Of a stretch of 64,000 nucleotides of DNA, positions 1 to 12,033 are shown one piece after another; positions within the stretch are counted from its first letter, which is position 1; each line of letters opens with the position of its first letter. The notes under the pieces were generated by a model. The model saw only the letters and a list, made by a program, of their open reading frames with translations. It was not told the DNA's origin and searched no databases. Where the stretch lies: assembly GCF_002113885.1 (NCBI RefSeq), contig NW_018404030.1, positions 284,699-348,698 on the forward strand, written 5' to 3'. This DNA is from Mizuhopecten yessoensis (Eukaryota). Made by a program: the position numbers and the translations under genes.

Positions 1-79
1 GGGAGGGACATATCCATGCTGGAAACCCATACCACCCTGGGGTGGAGGAGGAGCGGCCGGAAAAGCCCCCTGCTGGGAC

Positions 80-208
80 TTTATAGTGCTATCTCACTGG
101 AATACCATACCGATGGCACCCAACACAGCATTCCACAATGTCACATTATTATTGACAACGGTTGAACCAGTTGTTGCCATCACCCTAAATGCCGAACGTT
201 AAGCAGGG
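80..208 (-). mobile_element. V-domain tRNA-derived SINE fragment (101-208 is duplicated at 2022-2129)
   Basis: Aligns by eye with the SINE copies at 27503-27848 and 18911-19158 (tatagtgctatctcactg..ataccat..ccga.ggcaccc...aacgttaagcaggg). Confidence 0.7.
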
Positions 209-209
209 N

Positions 210-1050
210 AACAGTGGAGTTGTCTGCCGCCAGACAAATGGCCTTGCCCTGCAGGGAGGGTCGAAGACCCCGAATGGCCAACAGAACAGCACGCGTTTCC
301 AGAACATTGATGTGTTCTGAAAGCTGTTCCCCCGACCACACGCCCGCCGACGTCTGACCGGAAAGGTATGCACCCCAACCGGTCATGGACGCGTCGGTGT
401 AAAGGGTCATAGCAGGAGATGCCCGAACCAGAGGAACTCCTGCCAAGACATTGCTCTTGAGAGTCCACCAACGAGCTGATTCCTTCACTGACTCCGGCAG
501 AGGAATGTACACATCCCACTGTCGAGACGCCGGAGACCAAACTGACAGAAGGAACAGCTGGAGCGGACGGATGTGAAGCCGACCCAAGGGAACCACATCC
601 GCCAATGAATTCAGGTAACCGAGGAACCGAAGGAACCATCGGACCTGAATTCGCTCCACACCGACCAGAACGGAGACCAACAGAGAGGCCTTCTCGAACT
701 TGGACACTGGTGGAAGGACAAACCCCAGATCGGTTCTGAACCGATAACCGAGGAAAACAAAATCTTGAGAGGGGAGAACCTCCGACTTCTCCCTGGAAGG
801 GATGAACCCTAGGCGGCACAGAACGCCCAGAACCGACCTCGTGCTCCGGGACAGGATAACTGGATCCACTTGGAGCAACAGGGAGTCGTCGAAGTAGATG
901 TGTGCATCTACCCCGAGACTGTGGAGGTGCCCCACTACTACCTGCAACAACTTGGTGAAAACCAAGGGGGCCGTAGTGAGGCCGAAGGGCATAGCGCGAA
1001 ACTGGTAAACCTTCTGCTCGAAAGTGAACCTGAGGAACTTCCTGGCCGAC
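210..1050 (-). mobile_element. DIRS1-like tyrosine-recombinase retrotransposon, pol fragment (reverse transcriptase + RNase H), bounded by assembly gaps
   Basis: Uninterrupted frame with RT motifs YQFRAMPFGLTTAPLVFTK, YFDD, LGF...EKS...FLG and DIRS-type RNase H motifs LYTDASMTGWGA, HINVLE, DNSTV. GC-rich relative to the flanks. A second minus-strand frame is also open across the whole segment. Confidence 0.92.
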
Positions 1051-2021
1051 NNNNNNNNNNNNNNNNNNNNNNNNNNNNNNNNNNNNNNNNNNNNNNNNNN
1101 NNNNNNNNNNNNNNNNNNNNNNNNNNNNNNNNNNNNNNNNNNNNNNNNNNNNNNNNNNNNNNNNNNNNNNNNNNNNNNNNNNNNNNNNNNNNNNNNNNNN
1201 NNNNNNNNNNNNNNNNNNNNNNNNNNNNNNNNNNNNNNNNNNNNNNNNNNNNNNNNNNNNNNNNNNNNNNNNNNNNNNNNNNNNNNNNNNNNNNNNNNNN
1301 NNNNNNNNNNNNNNNNNNNNNNNNNNNNNNNNNNNNNNNNNNNNNNNNNNNNNNNNNNNNNNNNNNNNNNNNNNNNNNNNNNNNNNNNNNNNNNNNNNNN
1401 NNNNNNNNNNNNNNNNNNNNNNNNNNNNNNNNNNNNNNNNNNNNNNNNNNNNNNNNNNNNNNNNNNNNNNNNNNNNNNNNNNNNNNNNNNNNNNNNNNNN
1501 NNNNNNNNNNNNNNNNNNNNNNNNNNNNNNNNNNNNNNNNNNNNNNNNNNNNNNNNNNNNNNNNNNNNNNNNNNNNNNNNNNNNNNNNNNNNNNNNNNNN
1601 NNNNNNNNNNNNNNNNNNNNNNNNNNNNNNNNNNNNNNNNNNNNNNNNNNNNNNNNNNNNNNNNNNNNNNNNNNNNNNNNNNNNNNNNNNNNNNNNNNNN
1701 NNNNNNNNNNNNNNNNNNNNNNNNNNNNNNNNNNNNNNNNNNNNNNNNNNNNNNNNNNNNNNNNNNNNNNNNNNNNNNNNNNNNNNNNNNNNNNNNNNNN
1801 NNNNNNNNNNNNNNNNNNNNNNNNNNNNNNNNNNNNNNNNNNNNNNNNNNNNNNNNNNNNNNNNNNNNNNNNNNNNNNNNNNNNNNNNNNNNNNNNNNNN
1901 NNNNNNNNNNNNNNNNNNNNNNNNNNNNNNNNNNNNNNNNNNNNNNNNNNNNNNNNNNNNNNNNNNNNNNNNNNNNNNNNNNNNNNNNNNNNNNNNNNNN
2001 NNNNNNNNNNNNNNNNNNNNN
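1051..2021. other. Assembly gap (N run)
   Basis: Run of N. A single N also lies at 209. Confidence 1.
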
Positions 2022-2235
2022 AATACCATACCGATGGCACCCAACACAGCATTCCACAATGTCACATTATTATTGACAACGGTTGAACCAGTTGTTGCCA
2101 TCACCCTAAATGCCGAACGTTAAGCAGGGAATAACAACTACCATTTTTAAAGACTTTGGTATGTCCCGGCCTGGGGACAAAATCCATTGCCTTCCTCACC
2201 TTGGCGAACGTTCAACAGTAAAGCCAAAAGTGAGG
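2022..2235 (-). mobile_element. V-domain tRNA-derived SINE (head and core)
   Basis: The reverse complement reads a degenerate tRNA-like head then ggccgggacataccaaagtctttaaaaatggtag...tccctgcttaacgttcggcattt, which matches the V-SINE core as I recall it. Homologous to 27503-27848. Confidence 0.75.
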
Positions 2236-2407
2236 TGTTGCAAAGCAAGGCGCTAGGAAATATCAGGAAAGAAAAATAGAGATACCAAATATTGCAATGG
2301 GTGCAGCAGATTTATTTTGGTCGCTTTTGTGTCCCCAAGTAGAGGGCACAAAAGCAAATCCCCAATTCTGCAGGGGATTCCTTCGTAAGTCGCCTCTTAC
2401 GATACAA

Positions 2408-4000
2408 GTAGTCAGTGGTCAGTCGGGATATTATTTATTCTGTGGTAAGTCGAGATAGTATTAAGTCAGTGGTCAGGCGGAATATTAGTTATTCTGTAGT
2501 CAGTCGGGCTATTATTAAGTCAGTGGTCAGTCGGGATGCTATTTAGTCAGTGGTCAGTCGGGATACTATTAAGTCTGTAGTCGGTCGGGATACTATTTAG
2601 TCTGTGGTAAGTCGGGATAATATTTAGTCAGTGGTCAGTCGAGATAGTATTAAGTCAGTGGTCAGTCGGAACATTAGTTATTATGTAGTCAGTCGGGATA
2701 TTATTAAGTCGGTGGTCAGTCGAGATGCTATTTAGTCAGTGGTCAGTCGGGATACTATTAAGTCTGTAGTCAGTCGGGATACTATTTAGTCAGTGGTCAG
2801 TCGGGATACTATAAAGTCAGTGGTCAGTCGGGAGACTATTTAGTCTTTGGGAAGTCGGGATACTATTAAGTCAGTGGTAAGTCGAAATAGTATTAAGTCA
2901 GTGGTCAGTCGGGATACTACATGTATTTAGTCCGTGGTAAGTGCGAATATGAGTTATTTGGTGGTTAGTCGGGATATTATTAAGTCAGTGGTCAGTCGAG
3001 ATGCTATTTATTCAGTAGTCAGTCGGGATACTGTTTAGTCTGTAGTCAGTCGGGATACTATTTAGTCAGTGGTCAATCGGGATACTATTTAGTATGTAGT
3101 CAGTCGGGATACTTTTTAGTCAGTGGTCAGTCGGGATACTATTAAGTCTGTAGTCAGTCGGGATACTATTAAGACAGTGGTCAGTCGGGATACTATTTAG
3201 TCAGTGGTCAGTCGGGATACTATTAAGTCTGTAGTCAGTCGGGATACTATTTAGTCAGTGGTCAGTCGGGATACTATTAAGTCTGTAGTCAGTCGGGATA
3301 CTATTTAGTCAGTGGTCAGTCGGGATACTATTAAGTCTGTAGTCAGTCGGGATACTATTTAGTCAGTGGTCAGTCGGGATACTATTAAGTCTGTAGTCAG
3401 TCGGGATACTATTAAGACAGAAGTCAGTCGGGATACTATTTAGTCAGTGGTCAGTCGGGATACTATTAAGTCTGTAGTCAGTCGGGATACTATTTAGTCT
3501 GTAGTCAGTCGGGATACTATTTAGTCAGTGGTCAGTCGGGATATAAGTTATTATGTAGTCAGTCGGGATATTATTAAGTCAGTGGTCAGTCGGGATACTA
3601 TTTAGTCAGTGGTCAGTCGGGATACTATTTAGTCTGTAGTCAGTCAAGATACTATTTAGTCAGTGGTCAGTCGGGATATAAGTTATTATGTAGTCAGTCG
3701 GGATATTATTAAGTCAGTGGTCAGTCGGGATACTATTTAGTCAGTGGTCAGTCGGGATACTATTAAGTCAGTAGTCAGTCGGGATACTATTTAGTCAGTG
3801 GTCAGTCGGGATACTATTTAGTCTATGGGAAGTCGGGATACTATTAAGTCAGTGGTAAGTCGAGATAGTATTAAGTCAGTGGTCAGTCGGGATACTACAT
3901 GTATTTAGTCCAAGGTAAGTCGGAATATGAGTTATTTGGTGGTTAGTCGGGATATTATTAAGTCCGTGGTTAGTCGGGATATTATTAAGTCTGTGGTCAG
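2408..4000. repeat. 27-bp minisatellite (agtcagtggtcagtcgggatactattt), about 59 copies, with 54-bp dimeric alternation
   Basis: Tandem units visible directly; cagtgg/ctgtag variants alternate. Confidence 0.97.
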
Positions 4001-5584
4001 TTACTTTATAAAGAATATTTACCCTTGTGGATTTCTTTGCGATTTCATCTACCGGAAACACCACGACGGACGCCACACGTGGTACCGGTTCCGGTTCCGT
4101 TATGTCCTGATATGGTGACGATGAGGTGTATTGTGTCTATTGTACTCAAAACTATCAAATATGGAAGACTGGAACATTCCTTGATTCTGGATTTTAAATG
4201 TTTTAAATAAATGAAGCTGTGAACCAAGTTGTTTTCTATAAAACAGGTTTTATTCTCCTATCATATCAACTCACACACGTACAAGTACCCAGCAATGGTA
4301 AATCTAATAGGAATTTTTATGTACACATATTTAAAAGAAAGTCACGGCATGAAAGATCTAATTAGCGAACATAATTTGCTATAAATTAATTAACATGCTT
4401 TGCTATGAGTTAGTCATGTGCTGTTGGTGAAAATACACACTTTGATTTGATCGACCAATCACAGTGCGAGAAAAGCTGTTGACCACAATCCCGACATTAT
4501 GATTGGTTATTGTCATATACTTCATATTTAACTTCAATTGTTACGTCATTTATTTCTATACTTACTTCTTTTTTTAAAAATATAATTGACAACAATGTTA
4601 GAGAACATGCATAAAATGGAAACATATTGATGTAAGAGAAACAGAATAACCAACTCCTGACATTTCCTTTTTCACTCTTTTTTTAAATATCACTGAAAGA
4701 AATTTTAATTGTACATTTGAATCACATTGTGGTTAATATACGGAGATAAGTCTGGAAACACACGTATTTTAGATGACACGTATTTTTCCTGCATTCTTAT
4801 TGGTTGAATCATTATCACGTGGAGGTCGAATATTTGTGTTATTGCCTCAGTGGTACTATTTTTAGAAACAACAGGGCAAAATTCACTTCATGGCATCGTT
4901 TCAATTGTACCGTCACAATTACTCTCTGTCAAATGCAGAACTTTCTTCCAAACAATGTCCATACGTTCAATCTGGTTTCATGATTAAAACATTATTCAGC
5001 AACTTATATAACAATACGAATAATTGATCAATTAAGGATTTTTTCGGTGAATATAGCTTTCTCAGGTTCACATAACCACATACATATTAACCGCAACAAA
5101 AGTCCATAATTGGTCAATAATTCGTCAGATATCATTTACTTAACAATGACTTGTTTTAGAATCTTTGTGCTTATCAATTTCCATTTATCCTGTCAAATAA
5201 TAATAACAAATCTTTACCATAACCATCACCCATTTCCTACGAAGGTATGGTTTCATACTGACCATAAAAACGGGAATAATCGTTTTCAAAAGTGTAATGA
5301 TTAACTTGAAAATAAGATAATTAATTATTCTTCAAAATCAGGATCAAACGGTGTAAAATTACGTAAGCTAAATGAGACGTGGAAGTAAAACAGAAAATCG
5401 GAGATAGTTTGGTAACTTTATAAACATGTAATAATACAATATGCATGTAGTAACAACACAGGTATGTATGAATTAGGGTCTAATATGAATACCCTTCAAC
5501 ACAATTCACAAAGCTACTCTATATTTCGGTAACCATTTTTTATTAACATCGAAACCTCATTACACTACAATCATTTGCTAAAGA

Positions 5585-6050
5585 AAGGCGTTACAAAGGG
5601 GTTCGACAAAATACCGAGAAGGCATTATAAAGGGATTTTACCTTTAACTACAGGAGGCTTTATTAAACAGTTTGACAATTTACCGAATAAAGCGTTGTTA
5701 ATGGGGACTGACAGTATACAGAGGGAGGCGCTGTAAGTGATTTGACTATATACTGAAGAAGGCGTTATAAAGGGGCTGACAATTTACCGAGGTATGCGTT
5801 ATAAAGAGTGGCAGACATTTTACCGAGGGAGGCGTTATAAAGGGACTGATAATAAACAATGGGAGGCGTTATAAAGGGGGTCTGACAATTTACCAAAAGA
5901 GGCGTTATAAGGAATTTGGCAATATACTGAAGGAGGCGTTATAAAATATTTTGATTATATACTAAAGGAGGCGTTATAAAGAGATTGACAATATACGGAG
6001 GGAGGCGCTTTAAAGGGATTGACAATTTGCCAAGAGAGGCCTTAAAGGGG
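5585..6050. repeat. Degenerate ~34-bp tandem repeat (gaggcgttataaaggggctgacaatttaccgagg), about 13 copies
   Basis: Recurrent ggcgttataaa...tgacaat core. Confidence 0.85.
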
Positions 6051-6343
6051 GGTATTGAAGCAGTTTGGCTGTAAGCGAGGTTGAAGTGAAATGAGTGGCA
6101 TTATAATGAGGAATTGCTGTAGTCGTTTAAAATTTGACTGTATAGCACGCCGTTTAGGAAAAAAGTTTTGCAGTATTGTTTCTGATCAGAAACGTAGGAA
6201 ATGTCAAACGTACAGAAATAATAAACAAGCACAATAACATTACTAAGTTCTAGAAGAGATAGGACCATGATTATTAAGGCAAGTAAACTATTCTCGGAAA
6301 GTCTATTGACATGATAGGAACAAGGATAACACAACGGGATTGT

Positions 6344-7035
6344 AACAAGAGGCCGAAGTGCCCTGTATCGTTCACCTTGTTTGACTTCGTGAACTTTATA
6401 GCCTATTTATATATCATTCTAACCTCATAATAACGATTTTTTACACGCGACTTTCGATTAACACCATCAGGAAATTATGATACAATATATAGAAAAGATT
6501 TACGATTTGTTGTTTTGAAGAAGAACATTTTCAAGTTTTAATTATAACAGAAAGGTAGGTCTCTGGGAATAATCGCCTCTATTGCACGGTATTATCAAAC
6601 CTAATACGCGCCTGAGGACATATTCGGTATAGAATTGAAAAAAAAACCCAATGATATAAAGAACTGAAATTAAAACTACGGCATTCTTAACTTATCAAGT
6701 TCATATCAAACCGCTGTGTACGGGTCTTTTTTTAAAGTTATAAGGTTTAATTATTTTGCTTAAAAGTTTACTAAAAATCACGAAATACCTATCCTTATAG
6801 GGTACACACGTACGCCAAACGGAATGAGTCTCACCATTTTACCCTATCCGAGTGACTTTGTTAGCCTGATGTTGAATGCCCACATTTATCTTAATCTTGT
6901 CCATTTGCCAAATTATTCATATACATATAGGTGTTAGAAAAAAATGGACTTTGGCGATAGACGGATACGTATACGGATGGCTAAGGACGGACGGACAGAC
7001 GGACGGACGGCGGAAGCTGTATCACTACATAAATA
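6344..7035 (+). mobile_element. Degenerate non-autonomous Helentron/HINE-like element
   Basis: Starts aacaagaggcc...tatcgttcacct, which resembles the typical bivalve HINE 5' end, and ends in a (GACG/GACA)n microsatellite at about 6960-7010. Confidence 0.6.
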
Positions 7036-8568
7036 CTTAAATGTTAAAACAAAATGTTTCTATCGAAGCAAATAAGCGTATGAAGGACTATTTCCACATA
7101 CAGATTCGTACAGACATAAAAGTAAAGTTATATCCAATTATTACAACTATTTCCTATACAAAGTTTTCTCTCAAACCCTTTTCTCATACGTTTCCATATA
7201 TCTTTTCATCTTTACGGTCATTCAATGTCTTTCAGACGCTTCAATCTTTTACTTTAGCTTCCATACAATTAGTCATGTACCTACACTTCCGGTTACACTT
7301 GTACACAATCTCCCTTCACCCCCTGTACCGGAAGTCGTCGTTAAATTACGAGCATCCTCCTACATCTATACCTAGCTATTTACATGTGGTGATTAAGATT
7401 AATCTACACAAGACGAATACAAACAAAGGGACAGATTAGCTAGTTTTCCTATCATGTGACACTCGCTACTGTACAAGCTGCCGTCACACTTCCACTTGAC
7501 CTATAATAACATTGCTTCATGGTGAGAGCTCTGGAGGAATCGGTGGTATAAAATGAGGTCACACTCTCACGTGATGTGATGTATTTCCTGTCGGAAATTT
7601 ATACAAATAAACCTCCTAAACTCGCAGATATTATTTTTTTCGATATAAGAAGATTTTCTTTTTTAATGATTTAAAAACATGTACTGTCACGTAAAATAAA
7701 AATTCAGATCTAGTATACCCGGGGAAAAAATCTCCGGAATACCAAAATCCGGATTAACTAGGTTTTGTAAAAACAAAGTTCCGGATAATCGAGGTTCCAC
7801 ACCATGTATTAACTGACACAACAGATGATATACATTATAAAATAAAATATATTGTCACCCACATATATATATATATATTAGTAGAAGAAAGGCAGGAATA
7901 GGATGAAATGGGTTCCACACTACTTTAATCCGGAATGTGAACTTTCCGGTATATTTGATTTTGCATTAACGAGATAAAAAACAATGCATACATCGATTCA
8001 ATTTAAACGGATTTGATGCAAGATTTAGCTTTAAATATATTAAATCGAACGATTTCTTCCAAAATAAAGGTTAAATGTTTCATCAATATTTTTAGAATAC
8101 ATTTAAAGTATTATACATTGCATATATAGATATCCTATGTAATGTATACCTAACAAATGAACGGACAGATACAAGAAAGGAATAATGATAGGATGACTAA
8201 AATGATTTTGAAACAATATCTAAAATCTTAAGAGGACCGTTGTTGAAATCACGATCCTTAATTGTATTGTATATTTGAGATCTATGTGTGGTATCCTAAA
8301 ATGGTATTTGGCATGGTGACTGGCTGATCTCATAAACGTTTTAAGGTTTGCAAAAAAAAAAATGTTGGTACAATATTGCAGTATTAAAATAATCCTTTGA
8401 CAATAAAATATACACGTAGTTTACATGTATACAATTCCATATCAGTTAAATCCAGTAGTAATTCGGTGATACAGTTGATTGGTGATACTTCCGTCTGTAT
8501 TAAATGCCATGATACCGGAAGTGCACGATTTGTAGATTGAGCACGATGGACTGGAGAGTCGACTTCCC

Positions 8569-8663
8569 TCACCACAAAGACAATGTCGTTACGACAGCCA
8601 GTAATATTGACGTCAGTGTCGCTCTAAAAATAGGCGATGCATTTGGTCCTCCCACGGGAGAAT
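8569..8663 (-). CDS. Ig-superfamily (lachesin/IgLON-like) gene, last coding exon: GPI-anchor signal
   Basis: Polypyrimidine tract + AG acceptor, phase 1. Encodes DSPVGGPNASPIFRATLTSILLAVVTTLSLW*: small-residue omega region (NAS), spacer and hydrophobic tail with no cytoplasmic part. Confidence 0.88.
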
Positions 8664-8782
8664 CTAAAAAGAAAAAGAAAAAAAGAAAGAAATAAACGCT
8701 TGATGAAACTAATCCAGGTAAACACTTTAATCTGAGTGCGTCTAGGGATGAGGGAGTATTGTGTTGTTAAATCGACTCTAAT

Positions 8783-9323
8783 AACCAGAGTTATGTTCCT
8801 TGTTTATTTTCTAAACCAAAATGTATTAGGGATGGAGGAATACGGACTGTTTGCAATACTTTGCCGTGTTATATTTCTATTTTGAATTGAGTACCAAAAA
8901 CCTGGTGTCAGAGATACAAAGATTCAGTGAACAAGGGGCCATAACTCTGATTAAAGAAGAGCATAAGACCTGATTTCTGTCCACAACTTTCTCTCTCCCA
9001 AGAGATACACCAATACAAAGTCTGGCAACTGAAGGTAACTAAGTCTACAGATATACAACAGACAGGGAGGCGCACGGTGAACAAAGAGCCATAACTCTGT
9101 ATACAAATGATTCCAGCACGCAAACGTTCGCGATCGTCATCCCATGAGGTACTTGCAAACAAAATTTAGCAAATGAAGATGGCGGAGTAAACGAGATATG
9201 TCCCGAGCAATGAGACAGACAGACGGACTGACGGACGGACGGACTGACGATCTGACTGAAATACGTGATGCAAAAGTACATGTAGTTCTCTCTCCCCAGT
9301 GGTACAGGTTGGTGGCGGACTAA
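8783..9323 (+). mobile_element. HINE-like non-autonomous element in the last intron
   Basis: Two aagg(g)gccataactctg core repeats (about 8933 and 9084), a (GACG/GACA/GACT)n microsatellite at 9214-9255 and a 3' GC-rich palindrome-like end. Confidence 0.6.
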
Positions 9324-9391
9324 CCAAGAGAATTTGATGAAATTAGTTCAACAAATTTTAATTTCTGTTTAAAGATCGACCTTGACCTTAC

Positions 9392-9568
9392 CTGTTCCCA
9401 TTTCGCTGGTTTTGGAGGAGGTTGCCTTGATCTCCTCGGCCGGATTGTGTACGTTGTCTTTTTGCATCGTCGTTGTCGATTCTTTCATCGTCGTTGAAGG
9501 TTCTGGAGTCGGGGTCGACGTCGGCTCGGCTGTGGGTGTTTCTGTTGTTGTCTGTATTTCTATCAGCT
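9392..9568 (-). CDS. Ig-superfamily gene exon: Thr/Pro/Ser-rich mucin-like stalk
   Basis: aag acceptor, GTAAG donor, 177 bp, phase 1-1. QLIEIQTTTETPTAEPTSTPTPEPSTTMKESTTT...EMGT. Confidence 0.88.
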
Positions 9569-10539
9569 CTTGAATAAGCAAAGGAAACATCAACATTGAC
9601 AATCGTAGGAGTATACGGACAGGTCTAGTGTTTCTATGGCAATTATTTACGTACAATAACCAAGATGTATAACTTATGCATGTATCATCCCATGTTGTGT
9701 AACATATTCTATTTTATATGTTAGGGGATGCAACAGCTAAGGTCATATAAAACGGCTCCCAAGGGAATTAGCGCGGAAAGAAAGTTTACGTTGTATGTTA
9801 GTGATAACAGGAATGCCGTATATCGTAAGAGTTGCAATGGAAGCATCAGATCAATTATAATTTTCTTCAATTTTCCCTTATGGGAAATCCCGATTTCCCC
9901 AGGGACCCCTACGAATACATGCTATGGGATACAGCAGACCTATCATTGTTCGGACAGAAAAATATATCAACTTTAGCGCAAGATTTGTTTGTTTCTTGAC
10001 GCTCAAAATGTATGGCCCAAGGGTCAAGATTTCACTGTATACATCTAAAAGGGGAGACGGATTCCTTTTCTGTCTACAATTGGGCAAATCAGTGATGACA
10101 TCATGCAATGTGACGTCACATCCTTGTTGACTAAAGTGCTAAATTTTCCATCACTTTCAGAAAAGTGAATCTATCTGTCCCGTTAGCAAGAAAGCAAACA
10201 TAAGCTTAAACTTTGGATTTGAAATCTTGTCGGAAAGTTGATTTTAAAGTGGAACCTAGATAGTAATGACAAGACAAAATAGCGTCCACAGTAGGGAGGT
10301 ATTTTTGTAATGGAAAGACCGTTTTACTCTGATATGGTAAACTGAGTGAAAAATGGACAATTTCAAACTGAAAACATAATTGTATCAAAAAGTAACGTAT
10401 AACCATAAAACCCCTCCCATCCCCAACCCTCCATACTTGTTTCGATGGGCCTTTACGTCCTTGTGTCGGTTATAAAACCCCTCCATGGAAAAATGACCAC
10501 CGGTAATAAACTCAAGGGAGGCAACTCAATCATACTAAC

Positions 10540-10806
10540 GAATTTCGCTGGAACTGCTGTTTGCCGAGTTGACTGCCTCACATATATATGTTCCGAAGTC
10601 TTCCGAAGTGACACTGTCTATTCGGAGTGTCATTGTCCATGTGCTGTCGCCCACCTCTGTTATGTCTACAACGCTGTCATCTGACGAACCGTCTTTCCGC
10701 CATGACATCCGGGGCTGGGGGCGGCCCCGTACTGTACAGTCGATGGCCGCCGTCCTTCCTGTGATGATACTGTACTCTGACATCGCTACCGATACCATGG
10801 GTGGGT
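10540..10806 (-). CDS. Ig-superfamily gene exon: Ig domain 5 (I-set)
   Basis: 267 bp, phase 1-1, cag/GTTAGT. YPPMV...IDCTVRGRPQPRMSW...DFGTYICEAVN. Confidence 0.95.
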
Positions 10807-10884
10807 CTGAACAACAACAAAAAACACTTGCGCTTCAGGTTTATCTGTATAGAAAGGGTTTTTGACAAACAAGGGTTGCTTTTA

Positions 10885-11260
10885 AAGACAGTGTGTCGGA
10901 GTAGAGAGGGTTACTAATAAAGACAGTGTGTCAAACAATCAAGGTTGACTAATACATGTATATACAGTTTTCGGACTAAAACCCTATAGTTATTGCTATT
11001 GACAGTGTGTCGGATTTGAGAGGGTTACTGATAAAGGCAGTGTGACGGACTACAGTGGATAACTACTATATACAGTGTGTTTGACTAGAGAGGTTTACTC
11101 ATATAAAGAGCATGTCGAACAAGAGAGGGCATTTGATATAGACAGTATGTCGGACTAGAGATGATTATTGTAATAGACAGGGTATCGGACTACAGAGAGT
11201 AATTGATATAGAGAGGTTGTCGGACTGGAGATGGTTAATGCTATGGACAGTGTGTCAGCA
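10885..11260. repeat. Degenerate ~35-bp intronic tandem repeat (gacagtgtgtcggactagagagggttactgatata), about 11 copies
   Basis: Fills most of the intron 10807-11283. Confidence 0.85.
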
Positions 11261-11283
11261 AAGAGAGTATTTCGTATACTCAC

Positions 11284-11403
11284 ATTCCACATCAATCTGT
11301 ATGGACAGGGTGTCGGACCCGAGAGGGTTTTCAGCTACGCACGCGTACGTTCCGGCATCATCCCCTTGTATATTAGTCAGTGTTACTGTCCCAGGCCCTA
11401 TTT
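11284..11403 (-). CDS. Ig-superfamily gene exon: Ig domain 4, C-terminal half
   Basis: 120 bp, phase 1-1, cag/GTGAGT. EIGPGTVTLTNIQGDDAGTYACVAENPLGSDTLSIQIDVE. Confidence 0.95.
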
Positions 11404-11654
11404 CTGCAAAAATATAAACATTTCTTTTTATACACACTTGTACCATAATTAGAGCTATTTTCCAATCGTTTGACCACCCCACCTGCCGAACCTGCAATGT
11501 CCCAAAGTCAGGATTCTTTTAATCAAAACAAAGAGAGGGAAAGCGTTGTTTAACAAACACCTCTTTCATTTAATAGGTGGTATGGCATTTGATACTTATA
11601 TGAATATAAACTTTATTTTACAACAATTATGAAACAAGCTATTTTTTTAATTTC

Positions 11655-11814
11655 AACTCATAAAAATCCCTCTTGTTGGCCTGGCTGTTAGCGCGCAATG
11701 TGTCTAAGTGGTCGGGCAGGTGACCCCATACCTTTTCACGTCCGATCGGGGAATCGAACCCCGGCCGCCTTGGTGAAATGCGAGTTCGCTATCCACTGCG
11801 CCACCCAATCACCC
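11655..11814 (-). mobile_element. tRNA-derived SINE (truncated), intronic
   Basis: The reverse complement has an A box (tggcgcagtgg) and B box (gggttcgattccc) followed by non-tRNA body sequence (ggacgtgaaaaggtatggggtcacctgcccgaccac). Confidence 0.7.
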
Positions 11815-11898
11815 ATTGACATTTGATAAACAGGGACAATTATGATAAAGTGTGTAGCAGCTGTGATGTTCGGGTATATCCTGTGACATGTGACGTAC

Positions 11899-12033
11899 CT
11901 GTCTGCCCGTCGTCCTTACTCCAAGTTACCGTCGGTGACGGCGTTCCGGAGGCGAAACATTCCAAATCTATTTCTGTTCCTTCTTGTACAATCATACTCC
12001 GACTCGATTGTTCTACAATCACCTCAGGAGCGC
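11899..12033 (-). CDS. Ig-superfamily gene exon: Ig domain 4, N-terminal half
   Basis: 135 bp, phase 1-1, aag/GTACGT. GAPEVIVEQSSRSMIVQEGTEIDLECFASGTPSPTVTWSKDDGQT. Confidence 0.93.

Noticed and set aside
180-2123. Long ORFs of 350-625 aa spanning the first gap
   Set aside because: Their length comes from N translated as X; only 210-1050 is real coding sequence.
4248-8568. Polyadenylation site of the Ig gene
   Set aside because: Several minus-strand AATAAA candidates (about 5659, 5539, 4248) cannot be distinguished without transcript data.
11735-11806. Possible tRNA gene (also 30810-30870)
   Set aside because: A and B boxes are present but acceptor and anticodon stems do not pair properly, and the sequence continues into repeat body; treated as TE-derived.
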